A stretch of DNA of 64,000 nucleotides from Vicugna vicugna. Taxonomy: Eukaryota. Each line of letters starts with the position of its first letter. Position 1 is the stretch's first letter. The position numbers and the translations under genes were made by a program. Below the pieces are notes generated by a model. It did no database searches. It saw only the letters and a program-made list of their open reading frames with translations, and was not told the origin of the DNA. The DNA lies in contig MU057880.1 in NCBI GenBank assembly GCA_013265495.1, positions 1,704,527-1,768,526 on the forward strand, given 5' to 3'. Of the stretch, positions 26,358 through 40,636 are shown in pieces.

Positions 26358-27289
26358 AACAGAAAGGAATCTCTAGCAATGACCTAAGTAGCTACAGGTA
26401 ATTCTTATTCAATTCAATTTGAGTCAGTGATTATTTAGCGAGAGCTTGTGAAGCAACTAAGTTCTTGGAGATGGAGGTGAGGAGGTGTGGGGGTGGAGAC
26501 AGAAGGTAGAAAAGCAAAATAGTGTCCAGGAATAATCTCAGAGGACATGAAGCACCATTTACATTTCTACTCTCCAATGTTTTTTTTGCCTACCACTCAT
26601 CTTCCATGCTTCCTTTAAGACTTTTCTCAGTTATAGTTTTTGCTGGGAGAGACTAAGCCATTTATATACCCCACAGACCATGTTGGTGATGTTGATAATG
26701 GTGAATATTTGCTATATTATGGCTCTAACAGATGTTCAGATCTTGTCAATTTGATAGTTCTGAACCAAAAAGCTAAGGCGCACAGGTCATGTTCATGTGA
26801 AATTGAACCTTTCCTCCCAAATGTACCTGTGTTTTTTAATTGGCTTTACCACCTCCTGACCCCCTCACTTTGCTCACCCTGGAACCAGAGTGTGATGTGA
26901 AAATGGTTTTCTCCCTTCCCATTAAGGAATTTCTTCTGCTTCTCTAGTGTAATTCTTCATTTCTATTTGTTTAGAATTTTAGACTAGGTATTACCAGAGC
27001 TCGAAGCAAAGTAAGCAAACAAATAAAAGAACACACATATTCAGGAAAACATGTGTTTCATATCCATTATGATACGTCTTGCAACCATGTTTTACTTTAT
27101 TTTGATCAGACGAAGAAAAAGGTAAGAGGTTTTAAAGTAAGAATATCTATAAATAAAAGAGATTTTATAGAATAGTTTCTCCCTATTGCCAGGTAGACAA
27201 GTGAGATTAAAAGTACATGAAAGACTAAAAATAGTTATGAAAACTTTGGGGAAAATATAGTATCTTTGTAGATTCTGAGAACTGAAAAA

Positions 27290-29320
27290 TTTGACATTCA
27301 TTCTTAATTTTAAAATACTCAGTTTTAAGAATGATGAAAACTCTTTCAAAGTGATGAAAGCTTTTTTACTAAGACTAAGATTGTACTTAATAGTGAAATA
27401 TTTGAAATTTTTTCTACAATTTAAAACAAGAAATAACACCTACAACTCCATAACTTAACATTGTACTAAGATATTAGTTACTAATTATTTAAGATACTAA
27501 AATTAGCCTACCCAATTAGACAAGGAAAATAAAAAGTTAAAAATTAAAAATGAGAGGATAAAACTATTTTCAGATTATGTGATTACATATTGAAAAGAGA
27601 CAAGAGAACCAGCTAAAAATCCTTAAAATATGCAGTTATTCCAGATGCAATAGAGTGTAATTTAACTTAATGGAAATCAATGGTAATCAAACATAAAACA
27701 GAAAATACAATGAAACTTACATAAAACATAGAAAACACAATGAAAAAAAGATTCAACAGAAATAAAATTTCTAGGAATATATAATAAGAAATATATGAAG
27801 CCATATTAAAATCTTTAAAGCTATCCTGAATGAACATAAGAAATTAAACAAATAGAAATAATAGAAAAAAATCAATATTCTTCCCAATAATTAATAGATT
27901 AACAACTGTAGGATGACTCAATTTATATATCATTTATTAACTACATAAATTGATACCAAATTCACACATAATTTTTTGAAATTAAAACTCTGGAAAAGAA
28001 AAGCAATAAAGGGGCCTTTTTCTAACATATTTAACTTAGTAGATAAACTTAAGTATGAAAACTGTGTAGAGACAGATGAATGCACTAGAACAAAAAAAAA
28101 TCAAACACTGAATCAAACACAAGACTTCAAGTGGATCTGATGTGAGCAGACGCACTAGTCAACAAGTATGTTTTGAAATGATTGCTCTGGGCTCTGGGTG
28201 GGAGGGCAGGGAAAGCTGGGCTCATACTTGCACAAAGACAAATTTCAGATGAGGTGATGGTTTACGTAAGAACACACAGAGTAAAAAGACAGCATGGGAG
28301 ACTTCCTTCATACACTCAGAGTGAAAGGCCTTTGTACACTTGACACGAATATTCAGCAGTCATGATAAAGCTTGGTAAATTTAATGACATGAACGTCAAA
28401 AGTTACTGTATGATGGAGGGTAAAAACACAGCCACAATCAAAAGACAAGACCAACTGGGGAAACATCATGACTAATGTCACATTTAAGTACTCCCAAACA
28501 TGTAAAGGGAAATGACAGGAGGTAAGGAAGTCAATAGCAAAGAAGAGATGTGTCACAGAAAAGGAAGGAAGTGTGCTCTTAGAAATAAGAAAAGGTGCAA
28601 AATCTCATTCATAAGAGAAATACAAATTAAGACTACAGTATTATTCCCTTTTAATCCTTTACTTCTGACAAAATCCTAAAAGCTCAATAACCCACAATAC
28701 TGGGAAAATTGTGCGTGGAGCCAATGGAATGTGATCTTTCAGGATGTTGGCTCAAATCGACATCCATGTGACTCCAGTTGTGCTGCAGGGGGATCTCCGG
28801 GGGTGGGGTGGTCGAGGATTGGGGACTGGCATTCTCGCACATCCTTGTGGAGGTGTGACGTGCTACAGCAACTGTATGGAGTGACTTCAGTTTCCAAAAG
28901 GATTCAATATGCATACATCTTGGTGACAGCAGTTCTCCTGGAGTTCCTTGTTTCACGCTGGTGCATAAATGCGAAAGAACTTAAGTACAAGTTTTCTTTA
29001 TTGCAGTGTTATCTCTATTAGCAAAAGGGTACTGCTAGTTAAGTAACAGATGAGATTTCCCGGCAACGTTTACTAATCAGCCATGAACACAAGAGTAGGA
29101 AGTGCTCCCTCTCTTGATAGGAAAAGATGTCTCAATTTTTAAGTGAAAAAAATCACAAAAAAAACCTCCCAGAAAAATGAATGTAGTGTGCTACCTTTTG
29201 TGTAAAAGACAGAGGAACAGAATATGTAGTCTGGACTGGCTTGAACACATGTAGACACAGAAAAAAATCAGAAAGAAAAAAGTAAGTAAAACAAATAGTA
29301 GTAACGGTTGAGTTGTTTTG
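27290..29320 (+). mobile_element. Old L1M-type LINE, decayed ORF2 and 3'UTR
   Basis: A-rich sense-strand L1 ORF2 motifs, e.g. ACTTAATAGTGAAATATTTGAA, AAACTATTTTCAGATTATGTGATT, ATCTCATTCATAAGAGAAATACAAATTAAGAC. Confidence 0.65.
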
Positions 29321-29366
29321 TTGGGTGGATATGCAAACAAGTAGACTGGCGTCAAAGGTGGGAAGA

Positions 29367-29740
29367 TGTCTTAGTCAGTCTGGGCTGTAATAACCAGATT
29401 CCACAGTCTGGGGGAGCTTCAGCAACCAACATTTACATCTCACAGTTCTGGAGATGGGAAGTCCAAGATCAAAGCTCTCGAGATCCCGTGTCTGGTGAGG
29501 GCACCCTTCCTGGTGTGCACGTAGCCGTCTTTTGCTTGTACGTACCTTCACACAATTGAAAGAGTGAGCTCTGGTCTCCTTCCACAGATAAGGGCACGGA
29601 TCACATCGTGGGAGCTCTACCCCACTGACTGCCTCCAAACCTGATCACCTCCGACAGGCCCCACTTCCAAACACCACCACCTGGGGATGAGGGCCTTAAC
29701 ATGTGAATTTGGGGAGACACAAAACATTTAGTCCACAGGA
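29367..29740 (-). mobile_element. MLT1A-like MaLR solo LTR
   Basis: TGTCTTAGTC...CTCACAGTTCTGGAGATGGGAAGTCCAAGATC...GGGGAGACACAAAACATTTAGTCC. Perfect 5-bp TSD GAAGA (29362-29366, 29741-29745). Confidence 0.88.
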
Positions 29741-30696
29741 GAAGAAAACTTTCCACAGTGCACTTTTTGATAGTTTCTGATGCCTAAAATTTGTGAATGT
29801 TTATCACCTATTCAAAATTTAAAATAAAAGCCTTCTTCAAGATTCATAGAGATGGGCCCACCAAAAATCGAGACTTGAGAGATGAGGTGACAGAGAAGAG
29901 AAGCGAAAATTTAAAGAAGGGTTAACATTATATCCTGCCATTTGTAAACTAATGTCCTATTGAACTGGCCACCTGCATTTAGCCACCATTCAAAAAGGTT
30001 AGAAGTTGTTTATGGACAGACATTGTCTCCTTCAAATATTCATAATTTTTAGAAAACTTGGCATTTTTACTAATACTTTAAATTATCCCAAACTTTGTAT
30101 TTAAATAATTCCATAGATTATGAGAGTCAAAATGTCAGTAATACTTTCAAGATATAGATACAAGCAAATGCAAATGATGAGTGAATTACAAAAGGAAACA
30201 CCCCCTCTGAGAGCATCCTCCAGAAGGGAACAGGCTGTTGTGTTCTCTGTGAGGTGGGAGCCCCAGATGGCCAAGTTCTGGAGAGGGTCGGCGGTGATGA
30301 AGAGGACGAGGTGATAGAAAGTTGGTATTTGGGGGGGAATTAAACTGAGACAAAGCACTGAATCATTTGGCCCCGTGGCATTTTTTATGCATGTGAGTTG
30401 GGTGGCTCTGTCTGCCATGAATACAGAGAATTACTTGCTTCTGGATTGCCCATGTTACTCATAGTTAGTCATAGAAATTCCCTCTCTTTTAAAGTGGGAA
30501 ACGGACTGCGGTACACATCACATACAAACTTGAAATTTCACGGTGTGGGGGGAGGAAAAGAGTTTCATAGTAAATAACTCCAGAAGGAATACCTGAGCTG
30601 GGAGACAGCAGGTATGCTAGGCAAATCATTTCCAAAAAATTTACGGAATCCTAGTCTTGTAATACCCAAACAAGAGTGTTGGGTTTATAAACAACA

Positions 30697-31010
30697 AGAG
30701 ATGTTTAGGGCAATGAAATTATTCTGTATGATACTATAGTGGCGGCTACATGTCATTATGCATTTGTCAAAGCTCATAGAATGTACAACATCAAGAGTGA
30801 ACCCTAATGTGAACTGTGGACTTTGGTTGATAATAATGTGCCCATGCTTGTTCATCGATTGTACCAAATATGCCTCACTGATGAGGGATGCTGAGTGCAG
30901 AGGAGAATGTATGTGTGGGTGGGGAGGGCTATGTGTGAACTCTGTATTTGCTGTGCAATTCTGCTGTGAACCTGAAACTCTTCTAAAGAATAATGTCTAT
31001 TAAAAAAAAA
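30697..31010 (+). mobile_element. L1MC-like 3' end
   Basis: CATAGAATGTACAACATCAAGAGTGAACCCTAATGTGAACTGTGGACTTTGG followed by a poly-A tail. Confidence 0.8.
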
Positions 31011-31984
31011 CACTAGATATGTCAGCAAAATCTGAAATGTTTGAAAAGAATCCTCTCTGTAGTCATAAGGGTTAAAACCTTTGCCAGCAAAATCTTAGTA
31101 CACTTTGCAATATGCATACAATTTTATATATAAAATTTTATGACAGATATCACACAAGTCTGAGTTGAAGTCTTGCTCAGAGAAAGCAGATTTTATTAAT
31201 AAATTAATCAGCCAGATGTTCTCATTCTGCTGTCAATATCACCCGCCTCCCAAGACAGAACCACTTCCAAGGACAGCCGAGAACAGAGGGCAGACATCAC
31301 TGGGAATATATCTGTCTGTCGGCGGAGCATTTATTCTTTCTCATCACAGCGTCCTTCCACGGTCTGCCCTTGAGAATTCTTGCTATTTTACAATCTTTGG
31401 GAAATTCCAGCAAACAGTGAGAATCTAGATTTTTGAGACATTTTGTCCCTGAATCCATTTCTCCATGTCTGTAAGAGGGCAGCAGGCAAACAAACCTCAG
31501 ATTCCATGATTCAGTACAAGTTCAGTTCATCTACGTTGTCTCTTCAACATGGTTGAAAAAACGTACATCACCCCCTGCTGATTAATCTAAATTTAAATTC
31601 ATGCCTGCTGACTTCCAGGATCCAGGAGTGTGACATTCAATTTTACCACATTTACCCAGGCTTTTGACACTCTTTCCCACCTTTTTTTGCCCTTAATTAG
31701 ATCATTTCCATCATTATTCAAATATGCTGTACCTGCGCTTTAAATATCCTGCCGTTACCATGGAGGACTTCTCCAGGTACTGCCTGATTTCACTGTTCCT
31801 CCTACAGCAAAGTGTGCTGTGTGAGTTGTTAATGCTTTCCGTCCTCATTTGATCTCTTTCTGTTTCTAACAAAATGCGGTAAGACTTACTCTCCACTGAT
31901 AGGTCTCTCATCCGGATCACCTATCTTCTGCCAAATCCAGGGGTGATTTTTAGCCTCCCTACTCTGCGTATCAATCAGCATTTG

Positions 31985-32680
31985 AGTTTATTACACTTTA
32001 TTTGGTTTTTTGTTGTTGTTGATGTGTACTTAGTTTACAGTGTGTCAATGTCTGGTGTACAGCATGTTTCCATTATACATATACATACATATATTCGTTT
32101 TCATATTCTTTTTCATTATAAGTTACTATAAGATATTGAATATAGTTCCCTGTGCTACACAGAAGAAATTTGTTGTTTATCTATTTTGTGTATAGTAGTT
32201 AGTATCTGCTAATCCCAAACTCTCAATTTATCCCTTCACACCCCCTTTCCCTTCAGTAACCATGAGTTTGTCTACTCTGTGAGTCTGTTTCCATTTTGTA
32301 GAGTTCATTATTGTCTTCTTTTTCCTTTTTTTAGATTCCACATATGAGTGATATCATATGATATTTTTCTTTCGCTGTCTGAGTTACTTCATTTAGAATA
32401 ACAATCTCTAGGTCCATCCATGTTACTGCAAAGGCTTGATTTTATTCTTTTCTATGGCTGAGTAGTATTCCATGGTATAAATATACCATAGCTTCTTTAT
32501 CCAGTCATCTGTCACTGGACATTTAGGTTGTTTCCGTGTCCTGGCTATCGTAAATAGTGCTGCTGTGAACATTGGGATGCATGTATCTTTTCAAATTAGA
32601 GTTTCCTCTGGATATATGCCCAGGAGTTGGATTGCTGGATCATATGGTGAGTCTATTTTTAGTTTATTTTTTAAACATTT
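31985..32680 (-). mobile_element. 5'-truncated L1
   Basis: AAGATATTGAATATAGTTCCCTGTGCTA and CTCTAGGTCCATCCATG; homologous to the copies at 22452 and 38132. Confidence 0.9.
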
Positions 32681-32799
32681 TCCTCACAAAGGACACTCTA
32701 GGAGTCACTCTCTCAGCTCTCTCCCACATCAGTCTCACTCTGCTCAATGCTACTCATCAGAAACCAGGGCTCATTCTTGGATCTCTACTGTAGTAAACT

Positions 32800-33320
32800 C
32801 ACGCTAAACACAACCTCCTGTGTCTCATGATTTTATATCGCATCTATTTCTGATGACCAAAATTAAACCAACAGCCTGTAATTCAAACCAAACCTTAAGA
32901 TGTAAACGTCTGCAATACCATTGGCTATCTAAGCAGTATTCCATCCAGTTTTCAAATGTAAGATGCACAGACCAACTTCTTGGTTTGGATCCCCACTGAC
33001 TCACAATGTAGCTTTTTTCTTGGTCTTCCCCATCTCAGTAAAGAGAAACTTTGTTCCGCCATTTGCTTAGACCAAAAGTGTTCACAATAGCCCTGATTCT
33101 TCTGCGTCACATGTCGTATGTAACCCTCTAACAAGGACAGAGCAAGGGACTCAGCCTCTCACTGATTCTTCCTTTGACTATGCTCTTCCCTCAACAAACA
33201 CAAAACTCACTCTGATATTTCATTGAGATTGCTGACCACCTATCACAATATCAAAGTGCTTTTCTGGATGAGCTGTAGATAACTGCGTCTCTCTAATCAG
33301 TCTCCAGTGTCCTTAGACCC
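32800..33320 (+). mobile_element. L2 3' fragment
   Basis: GTCTTCCCCATCTCAGTAAA...ATTTGCTTAGACCAAAA...TAATCAGTCTCC motifs. Confidence 0.5.
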
Positions 33321-33450
33321 CTGCCTCCTGGTCTCCTAACCTCCAATCTCTCCCTTCCTTCCTCCCTTCCTTCCATCTTTCCATCCTCCCTCCCTCTCCA
33401 CCTTCCAGGAGACTAGAGAATGAAAATGAAACAACAACATTAGTGGACAC

Positions 33451-33946
33451 TGTCAACTAAAATAAACGCACAACCTAAAAGTCAAGAGTTAGGTTTTGTT
33501 CGGCAGACATTTCTGAGGACGCAAACCCCTTAGAGCCGAGATGACAGCCTCTCAGATCGCTCTGAGGGACTGCTCTGAAGAGGTAGGGGAGGAGCCAGGA
33601 TATGTAGGAGCTTTACAACAAAGACCAGGTACTTGGAACATTAAAAGATTACTTGTTAACTAAAGAAAACCAGGCATCTCAAGTTGAAGAATTTAGCGCT
33701 ATTCTATGTATGGGAGGAAGCAGACATTTAGGCTCATTGAATTCATTCCTGTAACAAGGACCCAGCTATCCAGGGCCAGTATCCTGTCCTCTCCTATTCT
33801 GAGTCCCCTCAGGGTTCACCACTGTGAGTGGCTGCAGAGCCTGGGCTGCAGGCCTGTCCTCCCTGGGGGGTGGCGGCAGCCGCTGATTCCTTGATGGTTT
33901 CAGCATTCTTTGTTACCGATATGGTTTGCAGTATTTTTCATTCACA
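33451..33946 (-). mobile_element. ERV1 solo LTR (same family as 17637-18065)
   Basis: TGTCAACT...ATTCACA ends, TSD ACAC/GCAC. Shares blocks with the 17637 copy, e.g. AAAGAAAACCAG..ATCTCAAGTT and AGCTATCCAGGGCCAGTATCCTGT. Confidence 0.85.
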
Positions 33947-36900
33947 GCACCGTATCTTAAGCCCCTGAAATAAGTAGACAATTTGGAGGAATTTGGGTTT
34001 CTCTAGTCATTTAGATTTGGGGCTTTGAAGCAAATTGTACATAAATTTTGAAGTTCAGAGAAGACTCTATTAAGACATGAATAGAAAGCATAATTGACTT
34101 TTACATCCAGTTTTACTCCCAATATGTAAACTTGTATTCTGACTATATTCCCTCCCAATTTAAGTACTTCACGTCCTGAAGCTCACCCATTCTTTTCTCT
34201 TCCTCCCGTTGCTTTGTTTTATCTTTCTTTCGTGCTTGTCTTTTTCCACCACTACCCACCTCATGCATGTGGTAGGCAGATTGAAATGAACTGCACTTTC
34301 TGATATCTGGTCTGTGTTAGTGTTTCAAGAAGATGAGGTTATAGGAAATGTTTGCTCTTGTAAGACGTACATGAAACATCCTTCCCAGAGACCACACACT
34401 AGCTATTGACCTTGGCCACACATCTTGTTTCTGGTTTCTCGGTACACGGGCAAGAAATCATGCAGGTTGAAAAAAATCACTATCATTAGAAAGAACACCT
34501 ATCTTTCTGACAGTAATAAGTGTAAGAAGGAAGGTCACTCTATTATCTGGACAAGTATTGTGTAGAATAAAGGTTCACTCTACACCACATTTTTGGCTTT
34601 GATTGATTTATTACTACACAATGGAAAATCAAGGTCTTTTGGTTTTCAAGTCCTTTCTGAATGTTTCTTTTTCTTTTTTTCCCCCTTTGTCTTGTGCCAA
34701 AATAGGCAGAAATCAAGCTCCTGTAGGTGACGCTGTGGTGTAAGTCTCTAGATTGGTTTATAATGCAGCAGACATTTATAATAGTACCTCCCACCGGAAA
34801 TTTATCAAACCACTCACACAAATGCAGCTTTTACTTTAATAGATTAGTGCCTTTTGGTGAGCCAATCAAAATACAGCTAGAAAATACTTCAGTTTTCTTC
34901 ACTAGGATAGTTTTATTAAAAAGGTAGTGTAATCATTTCAAAGAGACAGACTGTGACCATAATTTCTTCTGCCAAAGAAATGAAGCATTTTGGGGAGGGG
35001 GAGTCACCACCTACCATATACTCCAAGTTACTGCTTAAGAAAGGTGTGACTTCCTGACAAAGAAATAATTTTTATAGAAGTAACCTTTTCAAATACTCTG
35101 CAAGAACTGTCTCCATGCCTTTTGGAGGGGTAATTATACCACCTGAATAATGTATCATATGATATGCAAAAATACTGAACACTTACAACAAAACCAGAGC
35201 ATCTGTAGTGGGTTAGTGTTGCTGTTTTATGTCAATTACCAACTGTTCTTTTAAATAATATTTTATCTTTAAATTTTTTTATGGCAGGGAGTAGGAAACA
35301 GGTTTTGCTACCAAAGGTATCCCGTTGATTTGCTGAAAGGAAAAACTCAACTCAAGCCAAAGAATGAACTTAAAGGCATAACACCCTTTTGCTGAAACGT
35401 GCCTGGTGTAACTGTGCTCAGCTAGGCACCGGTTAGTACTGAAGAGTCTGCATTTAGGACAAACAGCCGGCTCATCTGAGAAGCAATGTGCGATTAGGAA
35501 GAAGAAGAGCTGATGTACCAAAGATGCATTCTTTGGAATAAGTCAGTTGGGAGTTTGCTATGAGGGAAAATATAAGGTAGGGAACGATCTTTAGTTAACC
35601 AGCTACACAGTCCTGTTGTCCAGCATTTACTTGCCCAAAACTTGCCCAAAGCCAAGAATTGCAGGTTTCTCCATCCATCACCCTCTTATTTCCTCCTAAA
35701 ATCCACATGGGGGTGGGGGGGCGCATCCGGAACTTGAGAGACCTGTTCCTTCGGTGCCTCTTTTATTAATCAGATCACTATCTGAGGCAGGTACTTATTT
35801 CTTCTCTTCTAAATCTACTTTCTTTCTAGACAAAATGAATGATCTGGAATTGACAAATGTCCACAACCTCTTCAATGTCTCCAAATCTTTAAGATAAAAG
35901 TGTATTAAACATACTTCAAAATGGGAGGAAATGTGATAGCAAATGATTAAAGCAATGATCCTAAGTAATGCCTACTTCTGAGCTTTGCTAAAAATGTCAA
36001 TTTGGAGTTGGAAACGTAGGCATTCAATTTTCACTGCCTAGTGTAATTTGAGTAAAATGACAGAACCACCTATTCAATGCCATTACTGAATTAGTTTGCC
36101 CTTAAAGTGCAGCATAGCACACCATTAAATGATGCACTTATTAATGATACACTTGAAAACATTTGTAGGAAGAATCCTAGTATCATTTAGTTGCAAACCA
36201 CCTTTTCACCATGTAGCCCAATAGTCCTTAAAGTGCACCCTGTGCTTTGGTGAGGCAAAGCCACCACTCTTATGCATGTACAGACCAGACATCACCCCTC
36301 TCGGCTCACCCCTTCATCTTCATTATGTTCTCTACTCACCATCTCTCCCTAAACAGGCCACTCAGTGTAACTCAAATTTCACCCACATAGAAGGATTACT
36401 ACAAGTATTTTTTTTCCTTCTACTATTCACCCACTTCTCTGGATCTCACCTTCTGATCTCAAACCACTAGTTGTGTCCGACCTCTCGTAGCCTTAATGCT
36501 GTAAGTCACCTGTACCCACGTAAGCTCCATGCTGTTCTACTGCAGGTCGCTGTGAGCTTGTTTCCTAACGATCCGTGCAGCAACTGATGCTGTCTTTACC
36601 TCCCTCACTAATACCCAAGTTCTGTGGACGCCAACCACGTCTTCCACTAGTCCTGAACCCTTGGCCTCAGTTTGATGCTTACCTCTTAATCTCAGAAATT
36701 AGTATTTGTTCCCTGACATCTCTACTATGTAAGTTTCAGTTTTTCCTGTTGACTTTTGGCTTAGTTCCCCCAAACTCTTTTTTTTTTTTTGTATCTTGCT
36801 TTATTTGTCCATACGTTAGTTAGTTGATATGACATAAAATCATTATCTGTATACTTAATATGAAATTTTGTAGGAAAAACATTTTTTCCTATATTTATCT

Positions 36901-38131
36901 ATGTACACACGTGTGTGTGTGTGTGTGTGTTGGGGGCATCAACACGAACAAAATATGTTATCATGTGACTTACAACCTAATACAGCTATTGATAATCTGG
37001 TCAGAAAAGCCTTAGCTTTACCTTTCCTTTCTACCTGTCCTCTTGTGTTCCCGCTGTCACCATTTCAGGGGCAAGTTTTAATTAAAAATATAAGATAAAA
37101 ATCTTCAGTCTTAAAGAACAGTAAAAGAATTATCAAAATGTTCTTATTTTTAAAAACCCAAAGACCCTTTGATTTCTGAAAAATCTTTTAAATGCTTTGT
37201 TTCTCTCCAACCACCTTTTCTTATTAATTAAAAAAAAACAACTTTTTTTGTTTTTTGTTAATTAAAAAAAAAACTATCAAACTAGACTAACATAAAACAC
37301 ATTTTTAAAACTATGTTCTCTCCGGCATTTAAATTTTAGGACCAAGAAACCCTCTTGCTCTTAATTTAAATATAACATTCGGCTAAATTTATAATGTGGA
37401 AAGAAGCAATTGTTTTCTAACTAGAGCCTAATAAATCAGTACATTGTAACAGCTGCTACAGGCAGTAGAGCAGTGGTAATAAAATAAAAGACCTGAAACA
37501 ACATAATGACTTTAATTATGCCTGAGTATGTTCAAGGGTATTGTTTTTTTTTCTCACACCCAATTTTTAAAAAGAGCGATGATAGTCAAATACGGTAGAC
37601 AGCTGTCAGTCTGACATTTTATCCAAAAAAAAAGTGAAATATTTACTTATGTAGAAAGATACTAAAAATAGACACCAAAAACAACTCTTGCAATATTATG
37701 TTAAAATATTTATCTACTGATTATAATCTAAACAATTATGAACTGAAGATGAAATACTCCAAAATTTTGGCATCTAATTCTAATTCTTCTTATATAATCT
37801 GTCCTAGAATCTATACTTGGTTTTTACTGAATGTTTTCTTATAGCTTAGTGGTTTTAGGGGAGTGATCTTATACAGATAGGTTTACGACTATAAAACAAT
37901 CATCAAGACCAATTTTTAAGTATCTTAAATTACTTTTATTCAGCTCATCCTCAAAATGTGTGCACCATTACAGGCTTTGGCATCAGACAGACCCTAGTCC
38001 TTCTTTTGGTTTTGCCATTTAGTGGTCACAGAACCTTCAAGCAAGTGTCTAAACTTTGCAAAGTTGCATTACCCTCCTTTATGATCGGTGGATAATACAA
38101 GTACTAGCCTCATAGTACACAGCGGAGGGTA

Positions 38132-38874
38132 ATTTTTTTATTGAAGTATAGTCGTTTTACAATAGTGTGTTAATTTCTGGCATACTGCATAGTAATTTAG
38201 TAATGAATATATATATATTCTTTTTCACATTCTTTTTCATTATAGGTTATTATAAGATATTGAATATAGTTCCTTGTGCTATATAGTAGAAACGTTGTTT
38301 ATTTATTTTACATATATTAGTGTGTATCTGCAAATTTCAAACTCTCAATTTAGCCCCCCACCCCTTTACCCCTCTGGCAATCACAAGTTTGTTTTCTATG
38401 TCTTGAGTCTCTTTCTATTTTATAAAAAAATCCATTTGTTATGTTTTTAGATTCCAAATATAAATGATATCATATGGTATTTTTTTCTTTCTCTTTCTGA
38501 CTTACTTCATTTAGAATGATGATCTCCAGGTCCATCCATGTTGCTGCAAATGACATTTTCTATGGCTGAGTAGTATTCCATTGTATAAATATACCACATC
38601 TTCTGTATCCAGTCATCTGTCAATGAACATTTGGGTTGTTTCCATGTCTAGGCTATTGTAAATGTGTTGCTATGAACATTGGGGTGCATGTATTTTTTTT
38701 TTTTTGAATTACGGTTTCCTCCAGATATATGGCCAGGAGTAGAATTGCTGAATCATGTTTTAAGTCTATTTTTAATTTTTTGAGGAATCTCCATGCTGTT
38801 GTCCATAATGGCTGCACAAAACTACATTCCCACCAACAGCATAGGAGGGTTCCCTTTAATCCACACTGTCTCCT
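38132..38874 (-). mobile_element. 5'-truncated L1 inserted into a plus-strand MIR (MIR at about 37965-38131 and 38875-38955)
   Basis: L1 3' end motifs. TSD AGCGGAGGGTA (38121-38131) / AGCTGAGGGTA (38875-38885). MIR-like sequence on both flanks. Confidence 0.9.
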
Positions 38875-39071
38875 AGCTGAGGGTATTTTAAAAAATAAGG
38901 TATGCAATATCTTTAATACTGACACATAAGAAGCACTCAAAAAGCATTAGTGTTAGTTTTTAAGTTGTCACAAGCATCTAAGAATTTAATTCTTTCCTCT
39001 GTGCTGTATTGGCATGCTCTGTAGACACATACTTCCTTGGCGGTACATTGGAGGTTTAAGAGGAGTGGTCT

Positions 39072-39715
39072 GGGGACTACGTCAAACTAAAAGGCTTCAT
39101 CACAGCAAGATAATTCATCGGCAAAGTGAACAGACAATTTACAGAACAGGAGAAGATATCTGCAAGCCGTACTTCTGATAAGGGGTTAGTACCCAAAATA
39201 TGTAAAGAACTCATATAACTCCATAGCAAAAGAAAAGAAAAAACAAATAATTCAATTCAAAATGGGCAAAGGATCTGAATAGACGTTATCCAAAGACATA
39301 CAGATGGCCAACAGGCAGATGAAAAGATGCCCAGTGTCATCAGTAATTAGGGAAACGCAAATTAAACCACAACGATATGTCACTTCACACTTGTTACAAT
39401 GGCCATCATCAAAAAGACGAGATAACAAGTGCTGGTAAATATGTGGAAGATAGGCAACCCTTGTGCACTGCTGGTGGGAATGTAAATGGGTGCAGCCATT
39501 ATGGAAAACAGTATGGAGGTTCCTCAAAAATTTAAAAATAGAACTCTCATTTGATCCAGCAATCCCACTCCTGGGAATATGCTCAAGGGAAACAAAATAA
39601 TTAACTAGAAAAGATATCTGTGCCCTCAAGTTCACAGTAGCATTATTTATAACAGCCAAGATCCGGAAGCAACCTAAGTGTCCATCAGCGGATGGAGTTG
39701 CGGTATGTCCATACT
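39072..39715 (+). mobile_element. L1 ORF2 C-terminal fragment
   Basis: GACTACGTCAAACTAAAAGGCTTC...GGTGGGAATGTAAATGGGTGCAGCCATTATGGAAAACAGTATGGAGGTTCCTCAAAAA...AACCTAAGTGTCCATCA. Confidence 0.92.
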
Positions 39716-40596
39716 AAGTCACAAGGTCACACACCTGCCAACTGCTTCCACAGGTATTTCCATCATCTAATGACTGAAAAAGACAAGTGCACAAAGGATT
39801 CAGTTACACTGTTTAAAAAATTACATTCCTTTATTAGAAAAACAAACAGAACCTATACTTAATTTTAAAAAAATAGAGAAAATACACACGTACACACAGA
39901 AAGAAAGACAGTATTTTTCTGTTGCTAACTTTCCTCACTGTACATGGTGTCCAAAAGATCGCTTCACTAATTTTAAGTGCATCTTATATTTGCCCTGAAT
40001 GTTAACTTATTTAAAATTGCTCAAACCATATGTGAACGCATGCTAATTGTTAGAACAAAATCTAACAATATGGATGGTACAATCCCAAACCACGTCTGTG
40101 CCTGCCCCCAGCCCCACCCACCCACACTCGGTCTTGAGAGAGCATCACGAAAAGTAGCTGTGAATGCTTCCTTCCAGGCTGCTTCCATGCGGGTGGATTG
40201 CCTACCCGCACTGTCGGCGAGCGCAGGACTCTCACTTCACAGAACAGCGGGATGTAACAACTATATGGGAAAAAAAATCTTTAGCAAAGATGGACCAAGA
40301 AAGGGAGAAGCGGCAGAACACGAGGCTGATTTACACACATGGATTACCTGACCCCTCATGACAGCCCCGGAGACACGTGCTATTTTCTGAGGTTCCAGAA
40401 GAGTCAGGGAAGGTCAGGCTGAGAGCTGTCTTAACGGCATGTTATTAACAAAAGGCGGAGCTGAAATTCAACCAAGTTCTATTCGATTCCAGGACATGAA
40501 ACTTACCGGTTCTTACTGGTTACGTGATGTTGCTTCTCAGTGTCTTTTGGATCTTTGTTTTGTTCTTTTTTAGGGGCAACAAGAAGTTTCTTCTAG

Positions 40597-40599
<3 letters not shown>

Positions 40600-40634
<35 letters not shown>
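40600..40634. repeat. (CA)n microsatellite
   Basis: About 17 uninterrupted CA units. Confidence 0.95.

Positions 40635-40636
<2 letters not shown>

Noticed and set aside
39252..39659. 135-aa minus-strand ORF
   Set aside because: It lies antisense within an L1 ORF2 fragment and is a typical repeat-derived spurious ORF.
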